A stretch of DNA of 64,000 nucleotides from an uncultured Verrucomicrobiae bacterium (GTDB lineage: Bacteria > Verrucomicrobiota > Verrucomicrobiia > Limisphaerales > Palsa-1400): contig CAVXRD010000001.1 of the NCBI GenBank assembly GCA_963764165.1, positions 448,001-512,000 of the forward strand, read 5' to 3'. The notes below the pieces were generated by a model. It ran no database searches, was not told where the DNA came from, and worked only from the letters and a program-made list of their open reading frames with translations. Every line of letters begins with the position of its first letter. Position 1 is the stretch's first letter. The translations under genes and the position numbers were made by a program. Positions 27,135 to 36,900 of this stretch are shown in pieces.

Positions 27135-30100
27135 TTAAAACCCCGCCCCCAATGCCTGCCGCACTTGCTCGATTTGCTGGTCGCGCAATTCGGTGGTTTG
27201 CATCGGTTGAATCCGCGTCGGGCGTCCAAGGAGGGTTGCGATGGCGTCGGCCGCGCGGTCGCATATGCGCCATTCGCGGCCTGGCAACGGCCTCCGGCCC
27301 GGGATCACCGTCCTGTCGTCGAGCAGCGGCGCGAGCGTGGTCGCTGCACCGGCGGCCGGCGGCGTTTCAAGTATCAGCAGCGCCTGTTCGCGGAGGGCCG
27401 GATCCAGCTTCTTGTCGCAAGCTTGCTGCGTTAAATTCTGAACCAGCCTTTCCGGCGCGAGCTTTTTCAAAGCCGCGCCCGCCGATATCGGGTAATCCGC
27501 GCCGGCCAGAAAACCAAACAGCCGCTCTTCTGCCGGGTGGTAACCGAGGTCTCCCAGCGCCTCAATGATGCCAGCGGCGGCGGGTGGCTCCTCAGCGCGA
27601 AAGGCCAGCGGATTCTGCATGCGGCCCATCCGCTGGAAATTGAAACGCGCATCTCCGCCTCCTCCGCCTCCCCCCATGCGAGCCACTCCGCGGGCAAAGT
27701 TCAACGGAAAATCGCGGACGACTTCGTTCTGCTGGCGCAATTCCTGGGGCTTAAGCGCCGGCATTTTGAGCCATGCATCCAGGTTCGTGACCATCGCCGG
27801 AGCCGCATTGCTCGCTTTGATTCGCGCCAGGGCTTTGGCCATGGCGTTGACAACGTATTGATTGGTGTCGGACAGTCCGTGCAGCAGCGGCTCGACAAAT
27901 CCAGCATTCGGCGCATTGGTCTCAATGACGGTGGCGGCTTCCCAGCGCACGGCGGGAGCGGAGTCCGACAATGCCCGCAATTCGGTCGCGCGTGTTTGGT
28001 CCGTCGCCGGAAGGCGGCTCAATAATTCGCAGTAGATGCGCCGGGCGCGCGGCGGCGCGGCGTCAAACGCGGAGCAAATCAAGCCCGCGTCCAGTCCCTC
28101 CGGATGTTCCAAAAGAATCGGCGCGATGACGATGGCGTGGCCGGCCCCATTCGTTTCCAACAGCGCCATGAGATCGCGCTGGTATGGCTGCCAACGCAAT
28201 TTCGCGATGGCCTGGCAAAGGCCGTCCGAAACCGGCTGCCATTGCTCCTCCCCGACGCGGCCCAGCGCCGCGATCAAGGCGGGCACATCGCGGTCCACGG
28301 CTCGCGTTTGGATTTCCTCCATCGCCTCGCCAACCTCCTTGTACCCTTCCGCGTCCGCGTTGAACGAGGTGAAGGATTTGAGCAATTCCGCCATGCTGCG
28401 TTCCGCGAAAAAGCTCGCGGTAAAAGCGGGCGGCGGCGGAACATTCCCGGTGGCGGCAATATCGCGCCACGCCGCATCCTCGAGTGGCGGCTCATTGGTC
28501 CGGCTGAATTCTCGATAGCTCAAGACCGCGCCCCGATAGAGCGCGAGCTTTCCGCCTGCAGGGAGAATAATGTAAAGCGTTTCCGGCCGCCCGACGCCGG
28601 CGTAATAAGAGACGCCGCCTTCACCGGGGAATTGGATTCTATTGACAAGCGCGGCGCTGTCTGAATTGGCCTCTGGCTGCGCATCGGGGAAGAATTGGAA
28701 CGACGCCAATTTCATCCCGTAGCCGCCGATCCATTTTTCGTCCTCGCGCGAAAGCTCCGCGCCCTCCAGATGCTTGCGGGCCAATTCCGCCAGCCTCTCG
28801 CAAAACGGGCCGAAATCCTCCATCAATTTTGTCACGGATTTTCGCGAGTTGAAAAAATGAAGCAGCACTTTGCGGTCGGCTTCGGAAGGCGAGGTTTGGC
28901 TGGCGCACCGGCGCGCAAGCGCTTCCAGATCGTTCATCATCTTTGGCAAAAGGTTTGGATTTTCTTCGTAGTCCGGACCCTTTGCGTATGCCACGACAAA
29001 CTCGTTGAATTGCGCCAGCGGCCCGGCCATCCGCTCCTGTTCCTCAGGTGATCGCGGGGCGCCGGCCTGTTCCATTTGGACACAATCGAGCAGCTTTTGG
29101 GCGGTGGTCTTGGCGTCGAAGGCTTCTTCAATGCCGGCTTTTTTGAACACCTCGGCTGCCTCCCCCGCCAGCTTGCCAAGCCCCGAAAAAAAGTCCGGAT
29201 AAGGCTCGACCTGGCCGCTTCGCGGGCGATCTGCTTCGTTGTCGCCGCCGCGCATCATCGTGTGACCCGTCGTCTCATGTTCCAGTTCAGCCCACGCGCC
29301 CAGTTGCGTCCAGACTTGCTTGTCCGCCCACGCCTGCGAGCGCAGCGCGGGGCCGACGCGGACGGGCAAAGGCGCCTGCAGCGCCTTCAGGAGATCGAGC
29401 GCGCGGGCGCGCAGCGAATCCGCCGGCGCTGGCAACCCGGCTTGCTTTATGCTGTCAACTAAAGCATTGCCATCCTGGTCCCGCAACGCCTGTTCCGCCG
29501 CGGCGGTACGAAGGGACGGGGAGGCCACCAGAAAATCCAAACCGGACGGGTTTGCGCCCGCCGGAACCTTCGCACCCGGGCTGATCGCGGCCGAAAGGGC
29601 GCTTTGCCTTTGTTGCGGCGGGAGCAGGCGGAAACCAGTGATGGCCGGGGTCGCTTTGGCGAGGTGGGACTGAATTGCGGAAACATTCTTGAGCATTGCG
29701 GACAGGGAGGCATCCGCGCCCGCAGACGCCTTCTCGGCGTCCAGATAGCCAGTGATTGATCCGCGGCTCATGGGAGCGAGCAGCGCCGCCCATGGCTCTT
29801 CAAGTTTTTGCCAGGCGGCAAACAATTCGGGCTGCTTGTTCAGCAACCATGTCAGGCTGAGCGCGAGTTTCGTTTCACGCGTATCGGAGAGTCGAAATTC
29901 CACCGCCGCGTACCACTGCCAGGCGGCGCGATAACCAATCCAATCCGCATTCGTCTCGCCGCCGTGCTGATGAAACTCCGCCGCATGCAATGGCGGGCCG
30001 ATGGCGACACCCGCCTCGGTATTGCTGGCGAGCAATGTATCGATCAGTTTCTGCTGATCCTGCGGCAATGAAACTCGAAACGATTTATCCTGCAGCGCCA

Positions 30101-30512
30101 ACCCGACCGCCGCAAAGCGCGCCAGGTCGGAAAATTCGGCCGGTTGCGCTTTCGCTTGTTCGCCCGCCGCCGTCCACAGTTGCCGCGAGAACTCCTGCAA
30201 ACGCGAAGTCTGGGAGGATTCCAACTGCCGCATCCCGGCCGCCAGCAAAACATGGTAGCCGTGCCACGCTGAATCCGTGGTGATGAAATACGGCAGCGAA
30301 TCATCAACATAAGGCGCGAACATATCTTTGTAAGACGGGTCAGCGACGACGAACCCATTTTTCTCCAGCAAATGCCACGCCGCCACTGAGCCATCGAATT
30401 TCTCCAGCCCTTGCACCAGCGAATAGGTCTGCGCCGAAGCCGCCCCTGTGGAAACCAAAAGGAGCAACGCGACGCGAACGATGGCGGGCCTGAACAATTG
30501 AAGCGCTTTCAT
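27135..30512 (-). CDS. Secreted DUF3160-family protein fused to HEAT repeats
   Basis: Signal peptide; LPYFITTDS; QLGAWAELEHE; VEPYPDFF; GVGRPETLYII; RGAVLSYREF; HEAT repeats ALSDSAPAVRWEAA. Confidence 0.85.
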   Translation of the reverse strand: MKALQLFRPAIVRVALLLLVSTGAASAQTYSLVQGLEKFDGSVAAWHLLEKNGFVVADPSYKDMFAPYVDDSLPYFITTDSAWHGYHVLLAAGMRQLESSQTSRLQEFSRQLWTAAGEQAKAQPAEFSDLARFAAVGLALQDKSFRVSLPQDQQKLIDTLLASNTEAGVAIGPPLHAAEFHQHGGETNADWIGYRAAWQWYAAVEFRLSDTRETKLALSLTWLLNKQPELFAAWQKLEEPWAALLAPMSRGSITGYLDAEKASAGADASLSAMLKNVSAIQSHLAKATPAITGFRLLPPQQRQSALSAAISPGAKVPAGANPSGLDFLVASPSLRTAAAEQALRDQDGNALVDSIKQAGLPAPADSLRARALDLLKALQAPLPVRVGPALRSQAWADKQVWTQLGAWAELEHETTGHTMMRGGDNEADRPRSGQVEPYPDFFSGLGKLAGEAAEVFKKAGIEEAFDAKTTAQKLLDCVQMEQAGAPRSPEEQERMAGPLAQFNEFVVAYAKGPDYEENPNLLPKMMNDLEALARRCASQTSPSEADRKVLLHFFNSRKSVTKLMEDFGPFCERLAELARKHLEGAELSREDEKWIGGYGMKLASFQFFPDAQPEANSDSAALVNRIQFPGEGGVSYYAGVGRPETLYIILPAGGKLALYRGAVLSYREFSRTNEPPLEDAAWRDIAATGNVPPPPAFTASFFAERSMAELLKSFTSFNADAEGYKEVGEAMEEIQTRAVDRDVPALIAALGRVGEEQWQPVSDGLCQAIAKLRWQPYQRDLMALLETNGAGHAIVIAPILLEHPEGLDAGLICSAFDAAPPRARRIYCELLSRLPATDQTRATELRALSDSAPAVRWEAATVIETNAPNAGFVEPLLHGLSDTNQYVVNAMAKALARIKASNAAPAMVTNLDAWLKMPALKPQELRQQNEVVRDFPLNFARGVARMGGGGGGGDARFNFQRMGRMQNPLAFRAEEPPAAAGIIEALGDLGYHPAEERLFGFLAGADYPISAGAALKKLAPERLVQNLTQQACDKKLDPALREQALLILETPPAAGAATTLAPLLDDRTVIPGRRPLPGREWRICDRAADAIATLLGRPTRIQPMQTTELRDQQIEQVRQALGAGF

Positions 30513-31069
30513 CTCGGGGCAATATTATACAGCACACCCGCCCGTCACAAAAGCGCGAATCGGAGTCCTGAAGAATGCGGGGGCGCGCCTCACCTTTTGC
30601 GTCGATGAAACTCCGAGCGTCAAGCGATCAATCCCATGTTGCTTCGTGAGGCTTGGAATTCAGAGCAGCGGTGCGCTAACGTCGACAGACCCCTCTCATG
30701 GATGACCCTTTCTCAGTCGAGCTAGACATGAAAAGAGTCGTCCCCGGGCTTGGCCTTCCGAACGCTGCTTGAAAATCCATCAAAGAAAAATGGGATGTCA
30801 TCCTCGCGGTTCCCTCGCATCCGGCTCCTGACGCGGTCAAGCGTGATAATCGCAATGCGAAAACGAGGCTCGCCCACAGCCTCCAATTGAGTTCAAGCGA
30901 CTCATCCGGTGCGGGCAATCTAGCGATGTCAAATTACATCCGCTCCTTTTAGGATTCGATCCGAAGCCATTGCACCCAAGCTTTTTCGCGCCTGCGGTTC
31001 GGGGCCGCCTTTGCTTGCGCTGAAGCGGGTGCATCGAATTGGCGTTTGGATTTGCTGCGAATTGAAAAA

Positions 31070-33832
31070 CTAACGCGCTTGCAGACGGAAGAATTGCGCA
31101 CCCGTTGCCGATGGAACTATTGCAGCCTGCCATTGTCCGCCAGAGTAGCTCACCGCATTGGTTGCGGGTGTCCAACTGCCCGTCGATAGATCTGTTGATG
31201 TGTATAAGACAAACACTCCAGCGCTCTGGGGCCAATCGACAATCGTCATATTGTTTGAATTCGTCACCCCAATGACTGGCGAAGGATTCACTGCGGATGC
31301 GCTGTTGAAAATGCCGTTCGACGTCGCATTCATCCAGGACGCCCATATCCAATTGGATGAGCACAAGCCTGAAGCGATGCGGGCTTCGTCCATCGCACCG
31401 GCGAAATAATATACATTGTTGGTGAACCTTCCAAAGTCGAGCGGGCTGTTGTTGGCAAAGTCAGGGACCGTTGCGCCGCCGGCCACATTGGTTCCGTCCA
31501 CATACAATTGAGCCGAACCAAGAGTCTCATTGACACTCGCGGCGACCGAGTGCCACACGCCTGGCTTCATTACGCCAGCCGAAGAAGACAGGGTTTGCCC
31601 GTTGCTGCCATCGCCATCTTCGAAGAGCAGACGCTGATCCGCCGTGTTGTAAGTGTTGACGTAGAGACCAAAGCCATCGGTATTCCATCCGCCCGGTTTG
31701 TTGGCGAATATGGTTTGAATATTGCTAGCGCCAGAAGCGGGCCTCACCCAAGCAAAAAGAGTGAACGCAGTTCCCGCGTTAACCGATCCCGCGTGGAGAT
31801 AGGAAGTTGAGCCGTTGAACAATCCGCCCCACCCTGCTTCGCCCACCGTCACCTCGGGCGCGACACCAGTCCTGGCCGGATAATTGCCCGTGCTGTCGGT
31901 GTAGGGAAAGTAGCTTTGCTCCAAATGCCATACGAGCAAGTGTCGCGGCTGCCAAACGGAGCCGTTCGTCGTGTAGGCTGGCGGCGAGGCGGCCAATGGA
32001 TTTCCCCAGTACGCCCATATACACGTGTTCGTTCCGCTCAAAACCGGCAACCGAACCCAAACGGTCGACGTGCCGGCAGTGTTCCATTGATTAATCTCAT
32101 GCGGAATGACCGTCAGGCCGCCAGCATCCGTGAATCGCAAATCGCCACCGGTCGCTGAGGCGAACGTTGAATATGAAAATCCCGCCAGGCCGTTGCTGAA
32201 TTCCATCAAGGCCGGAAAATTTCCCAGCGCCTCAGCGCGGTTATAACCAGGAAATGTGATCCTCATTCGGCAGGCATAGTTCGTCGTTGCCAAACCTGCC
32301 GTGCTTAGCGGATTCGCGGCAGGAGCCCAAACTTGGGCGCTCGCGTTGCTGGCGAAGAACGACACATAGTAATTCGTTCCGGCCAGCAAGTTGGTCAACA
32401 AGACCGAATAGGTCGTCGGATTGAAGTTTGTATTGATGGCAACCACCATGCTGGATTCCCAACTCGCGGGGTTCTGCCCGCCATTCTGCCGCCCCCAATA
32501 CACCGATACCGTCGCATCGTCATCGCCGTAAACGCCTTGCGCGAGCGAGGCGGAAGCAGAAGCGATTGTTTCGGATAGAAGGCTGACGTTTGCGTTCGTC
32601 AGCGTGAGATTCACCGGGGCCGCCAGTGGCGAGTTCAGCATCGGTGACACAAGCGCCGAATACTGCGTGTCCGTGGGCAAAGCTCCTGTGGACTCGTTAA
32701 ACTGCGCCACCATGAGTTTGGCCGCGTTCAGGAAATACTGGTGCAGATAGTAACACGGCGCTTTTGTATCGGTTGGGCTTATGAGATAATAGTTAGTCCC
32801 TCCCGCCGAAGGCGTCTGGTTGTTGTACATCTCCCAAAAAAGTATGAAAGGCAGGCATTGTCCTCCGTAATTCCAACCGAGCAGACGTTGGATGTAGGAA
32901 CGCGTCACCGGCTCTTGGGCGGCAGGCGTTTCATAACCCCAGCCATACTCGCCGATCCACAACCGCTCACCCTGAACGACCGGCGCTTTGTTGGTCGGAA
33001 TGTGTGACTGGATGTAGTTTAGCGTCGTGTACAAATCCGAACTGCTCAGATTCTGCGCATCGTAGGATGAGTACGAAACATAATCCAGATTCGTCACGTA
33101 AGGAATGACGTCATTAATGACGCGCTCGTTATTGGTCGGTCCATTCAGCATCGCATCGCGCACGCGGTTGCACTCGGAATAATTGTAAACGAAGACGTTT
33201 GTGTGGGCCGTGGCGTTCTTTGCATCATCAACCGCCTTCTGCCGGTTGTTCAGCCAGCCGATCATTCCCGAGATCGTCGCAGCCGACGGATTCGTGGCCC
33301 ACGCCGTCCCGTTTACGGTAACGCTCAAGTAGCCATCCCCTTCCCAATGACCAAGGTAAAACGTCTTGCCGGAATTGTTATAGTTGGTCAGAAGGTAGCA
33401 CGTAAGTTGATACATTTCCGTATAATCCACCGCTCCCTGGGTGGCATTATACCCGCCGCCCCACCACTCATCGGAATTTCCGAATGGATACTCCCAAATG
33501 ATGAAATGGCGAAATGGCATGTCCAGCACTTGTTTGTAGGATGGCTCATCGCGCGCCTCGGTGATCAAGTTGGTTACATTTGATGGCAGCGTGACGCCCG
33601 CCTGATAGGCGGAGTCACTCCCCATGTAGAACTTAATGACGTCACTCCCCATGTTGGTGATCGCCTCAGCGGTTTCAACAAGCACCGTGTTGGTTGTGAA
33701 ATGGTACAGCCCTGCGAAGGTCTCCGTTCCGACACGAATGTTGTAGCCATCCACTGCCGGAATGGCGAGAGTGGCCGCCAGGCCGGACGCAGCCGCCACC
33801 GCCCAGGCGCCCAAAATAAGAGGCATTTTCAT
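31070..33832 (-). CDS. Secreted multidomain protein: putative TIM-barrel glycoside-hydrolase-like domain + DUF2341 + LamG + C-terminal FFRL domain
   Basis: Signal MKMPLILGAWAVAAASGLA; FYLGHWEGD and LWIGEYGW acidic motifs; GGDLRFTDA...HEINQWN...VWVRLP DUF2341; LamG WHSVA...LYVDG...MDEARI. Confidence 0.85.
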   Translation of the reverse strand: MKMPLILGAWAVAAASGLAATLAIPAVDGYNIRVGTETFAGLYHFTTNTVLVETAEAITNMGSDVIKFYMGSDSAYQAGVTLPSNVTNLITEARDEPSYKQVLDMPFRHFIIWEYPFGNSDEWWGGGYNATQGAVDYTEMYQLTCYLLTNYNNSGKTFYLGHWEGDGYLSVTVNGTAWATNPSAATISGMIGWLNNRQKAVDDAKNATAHTNVFVYNYSECNRVRDAMLNGPTNNERVINDVIPYVTNLDYVSYSSYDAQNLSSSDLYTTLNYIQSHIPTNKAPVVQGERLWIGEYGWGYETPAAQEPVTRSYIQRLLGWNYGGQCLPFILFWEMYNNQTPSAGGTNYYLISPTDTKAPCYYLHQYFLNAAKLMVAQFNESTGALPTDTQYSALVSPMLNSPLAAPVNLTLTNANVSLLSETIASASASLAQGVYGDDDATVSVYWGRQNGGQNPASWESSMVVAINTNFNPTTYSVLLTNLLAGTNYYVSFFASNASAQVWAPAANPLSTAGLATTNYACRMRITFPGYNRAEALGNFPALMEFSNGLAGFSYSTFASATGGDLRFTDAGGLTVIPHEINQWNTAGTSTVWVRLPVLSGTNTCIWAYWGNPLAASPPAYTTNGSVWQPRHLLVWHLEQSYFPYTDSTGNYPARTGVAPEVTVGEAGWGGLFNGSTSYLHAGSVNAGTAFTLFAWVRPASGASNIQTIFANKPGGWNTDGFGLYVNTYNTADQRLLFEDGDGSNGQTLSSSAGVMKPGVWHSVAASVNETLGSAQLYVDGTNVAGGATVPDFANNSPLDFGRFTNNVYYFAGAMDEARIASGLCSSNWIWASWMNATSNGIFNSASAVNPSPVIGVTNSNNMTIVDWPQSAGVFVLYTSTDLSTGSWTPATNAVSYSGGQWQAAIVPSATGAQFFRLQAR

Positions 33833-33934
33833 CCAATTTTGATACAAAATTTGCCTCCTTAGCAATCGAGGCGTGCGCCATGCTTAGACGGACGCCTGGT
33901 TGCAATTATTCAGAAACTCTCCGGGCTGCTATTC

Positions 33935-36900
33935 CTACTTGCCCTGCAAGCGGTAGAAATGACTTCCAGCCGCGGCGGGCACGGTCTGCTGCCAGACGCC
34001 ATTTGTCATAATGGCGGTTGTGTTGGTTACAGGGGTCCAGCTTGCGGGTGCGGCCAGACTCGTTGTCGTCTCCAGAGTGAACGCTCCATCCCCGGTCGGC
34101 CATGTAAACTCATAGCCGCCCGCGTACGGCGCGATAGTCAGGGTCGGCTGGAGATTGACCGATGAGTAACTTAAAAATGAGCTTTCATACATATTCAAAT
34201 ACGTCGTCGCAATCCAGTTGCTGGACGCAATGCCAGATTGGACACGCGCTTCGTCGATGGTGCCGTTGAAATAGAACACCGGGTCAAGGAATGCGCCCAG
34301 ATTCAGTTGGTTCGTCAATCCAAACGTCGGCACTGCTGCACCCTTGTCGTTATAGACTCCATCCACATACAGCTCAGCAATGGAGTTGACCTGATCCCAC
34401 GTGGTGGCCAGCAAATGCCACTGGGCGACCGGCACTGTTCCGGCCGCGCTAAATGGATCAGCGCCCCCGCCAGCGCCGTTGCCGCTGTCGAAGTGGACGG
34501 CGCCGTCGCTCGTGTTGTAAGTATTGACGAACAACGAGAAGCCGTTGTTGCCATAACCGCCATGCGCGTTGGCCCAGACGGTTTGAATGTTCGCGGCGGT
34601 TGCACTCAAATAAACCCACGCATACGTCGTGAATTGATTGCTGAGCGTGACAACGCCGGGTGTGATGAAGTCGGATGTCCCGTTGAAATCCTCCCCATGA
34701 CCTACAATTCCAGTCGCCTGGACTGGCGCCACGCCGTTGGTGGCCGGATATTGGCCCGTGCTATCGGCATAGGGGAACCCGCTCTCTTTCAAGTGGTAGA
34801 CAACTTCGTAATCGGCATTTAGCCAGACATTGGTGGATCCAGGGGATTCGTCGGTATCGTTAGACTTGCCCCAATACGCCCAAATGTTCGTTCCGTTGAG
34901 CACAGGCACCCGCACCCAGATCGTGGAAATGCCGTTGTTGTTCCATTCATCAATTTCGAATGGCAGAACTCCCGTCCCGCTGGCATCGGTGAATCGCAAG
35001 TCGGAGCCATTGGTTGCCAACTGCGAATAGGAAAACCCGGGGATTTCCGAGGGATTCAAGGTAATCAGCGCGGGAAAGTTGGTCAGCGGCTGGCCAGTGT
35101 ATCCCGGGAAGCCTATTCTTACGCGATACGCATAGCTGGATGGCGTCAACTGCGGAACCGGCACGCCAATTACCGTAGCGGTGCTGCTGACCGCGGGAAC
35201 GCCATTGGCTTGCGATGCCGTGGCGGAATTTGTAATCGTGACGTAGTAACTATTTGTCCCCGCCAGAGCGGTGAATGTATAGCTGGAATTGGTCGCTCCA
35301 GCCACAGCATTGCCATCGGCATACCATTGGTAGCTGAAAGGCGCCGTGCCAGAGACGATCACAGCAAAGGTGATCGAATCCAATCCAGAATACAGCTCCA
35401 CCGTCTGCTGAAGAGGCGAGATGTCCTGAACGATTTGCGGCGGCCCGAGCGCCACGCTCAAATATGGGTAATCACTCACAGTTCCATAAGCGTTCGACAC
35501 CGTGATGGTGTACTGCCCCTGTGAACTCGCCTGCACATTTGAAATCACCAGCGTGGGATTGGTGGAGACCAGATTATTATTGGGATCAAACCAACTGTAG
35601 GAGAGCGGCGCTGTCCCGGTTGCCACGACCGTGAATTCAGCAGTGGATCCGACGTTGGTCGTTTCATTTTGCGGGGTCAAAGACTCGATGATCGGCGCAA
35701 CGCCTGAGGCGAAGTAATGATTTTGAACCTGGGCCGGAGTCAGGGCATAGTTGTAAACGGCCACCTCGTCTATGGCTCCAAAAAATTGGTTGTCGTATTG
35801 CGACCCAAGACTTTCCTGGCGCGCGCCGATCGTCAACGGCTGGGTCGAAGTCAGCACGCCGCTTTTGACAGGTATGTTTCCGGTGCCCGCATTGGTTCCA
35901 TCAATATAGATATGCACATGCCCGTTTGCTTCATCGCACACTCCAACGACATGGTGCCACTCGCCGTCCGTCTGTGGCGCGAAAGTGCTAGTGGCGCTTT
36001 CGGAAGTGCCGCCGGCATCGCGAACGTAAAACCGCAGGTCGTGGGCCGGGTCGCTGCCCCCGCAATCGAGGGCGAATTCCTCGCCGCCGTTACCATAGCC
36101 GATGGAAATGATTCCGCTGTCACTAGAAACACCATATGCCTGCAGCCAGCATTCGACGGAGAACTCGGCGCTTACGTTGGTAGGCGCGGCAAAATTCACA
36201 TTGGTGGGCACCCAGCCGACGTAACTATTGTTGGCACTCACAATGCCAAATACTGGCGCCGCCCCTTCTGTCGGGTCCGTTGTGGTGTCGTAGGGGGCGG
36301 CGTCGGCCAAGGCCACATTCGTGTATATGCCATTGTATCCACCGACATAGTCAAAGGCAGTGTCGCCTGAACTTTCGTCCAGCCGCCAGAATGCCATGGG
36401 GCCATCCTCCAGCACCGCCACTGGATACGGCGCGGTGGGATCCGGCAAAATCGTCACCGTGATTGGACCCGTGGAGGTTGAACCTGCGACATTGGATGCC
36501 GTTCCGACGTAGGTGGCGCCCGCTTGAACATTCGTGATCCGATAGGTTCCATTGGTGGATACGACGACTCCGTTTGAAGTCCACGAGTAAGCAATCGGAA
36601 CGGCGCCTACCGCCCCGATCGTCAGCGACGGGCTGGATCCGGCATAGACCATGATGTTGGCTTGCGATTCATTCACGAAGGTTGGCGCTCCGTAAATGTA
36701 GACTTGAACCACCGAGCTTGTAGCGGGCGCGCCGAATCCGTTGGCGGCAACAAAATACCAGCTTCCACTGGCGTTCGTGAGCACTGAACTGTAAGACAGA
36801 ATTGCATTCGTTTGGCCAGATACGGGCACAAAGCTCGAACTGCCAGGAGCCTCCTGATACCATTGATACGAGATGGGCTGCGAACCGCCAACGATACCTG

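Noticed and set aside
30540..31065. Long intergenic region examined for ncRNA or a small gene
   Set aside because: No recognisable RNA motif, repeat or protein-like ORF by eye
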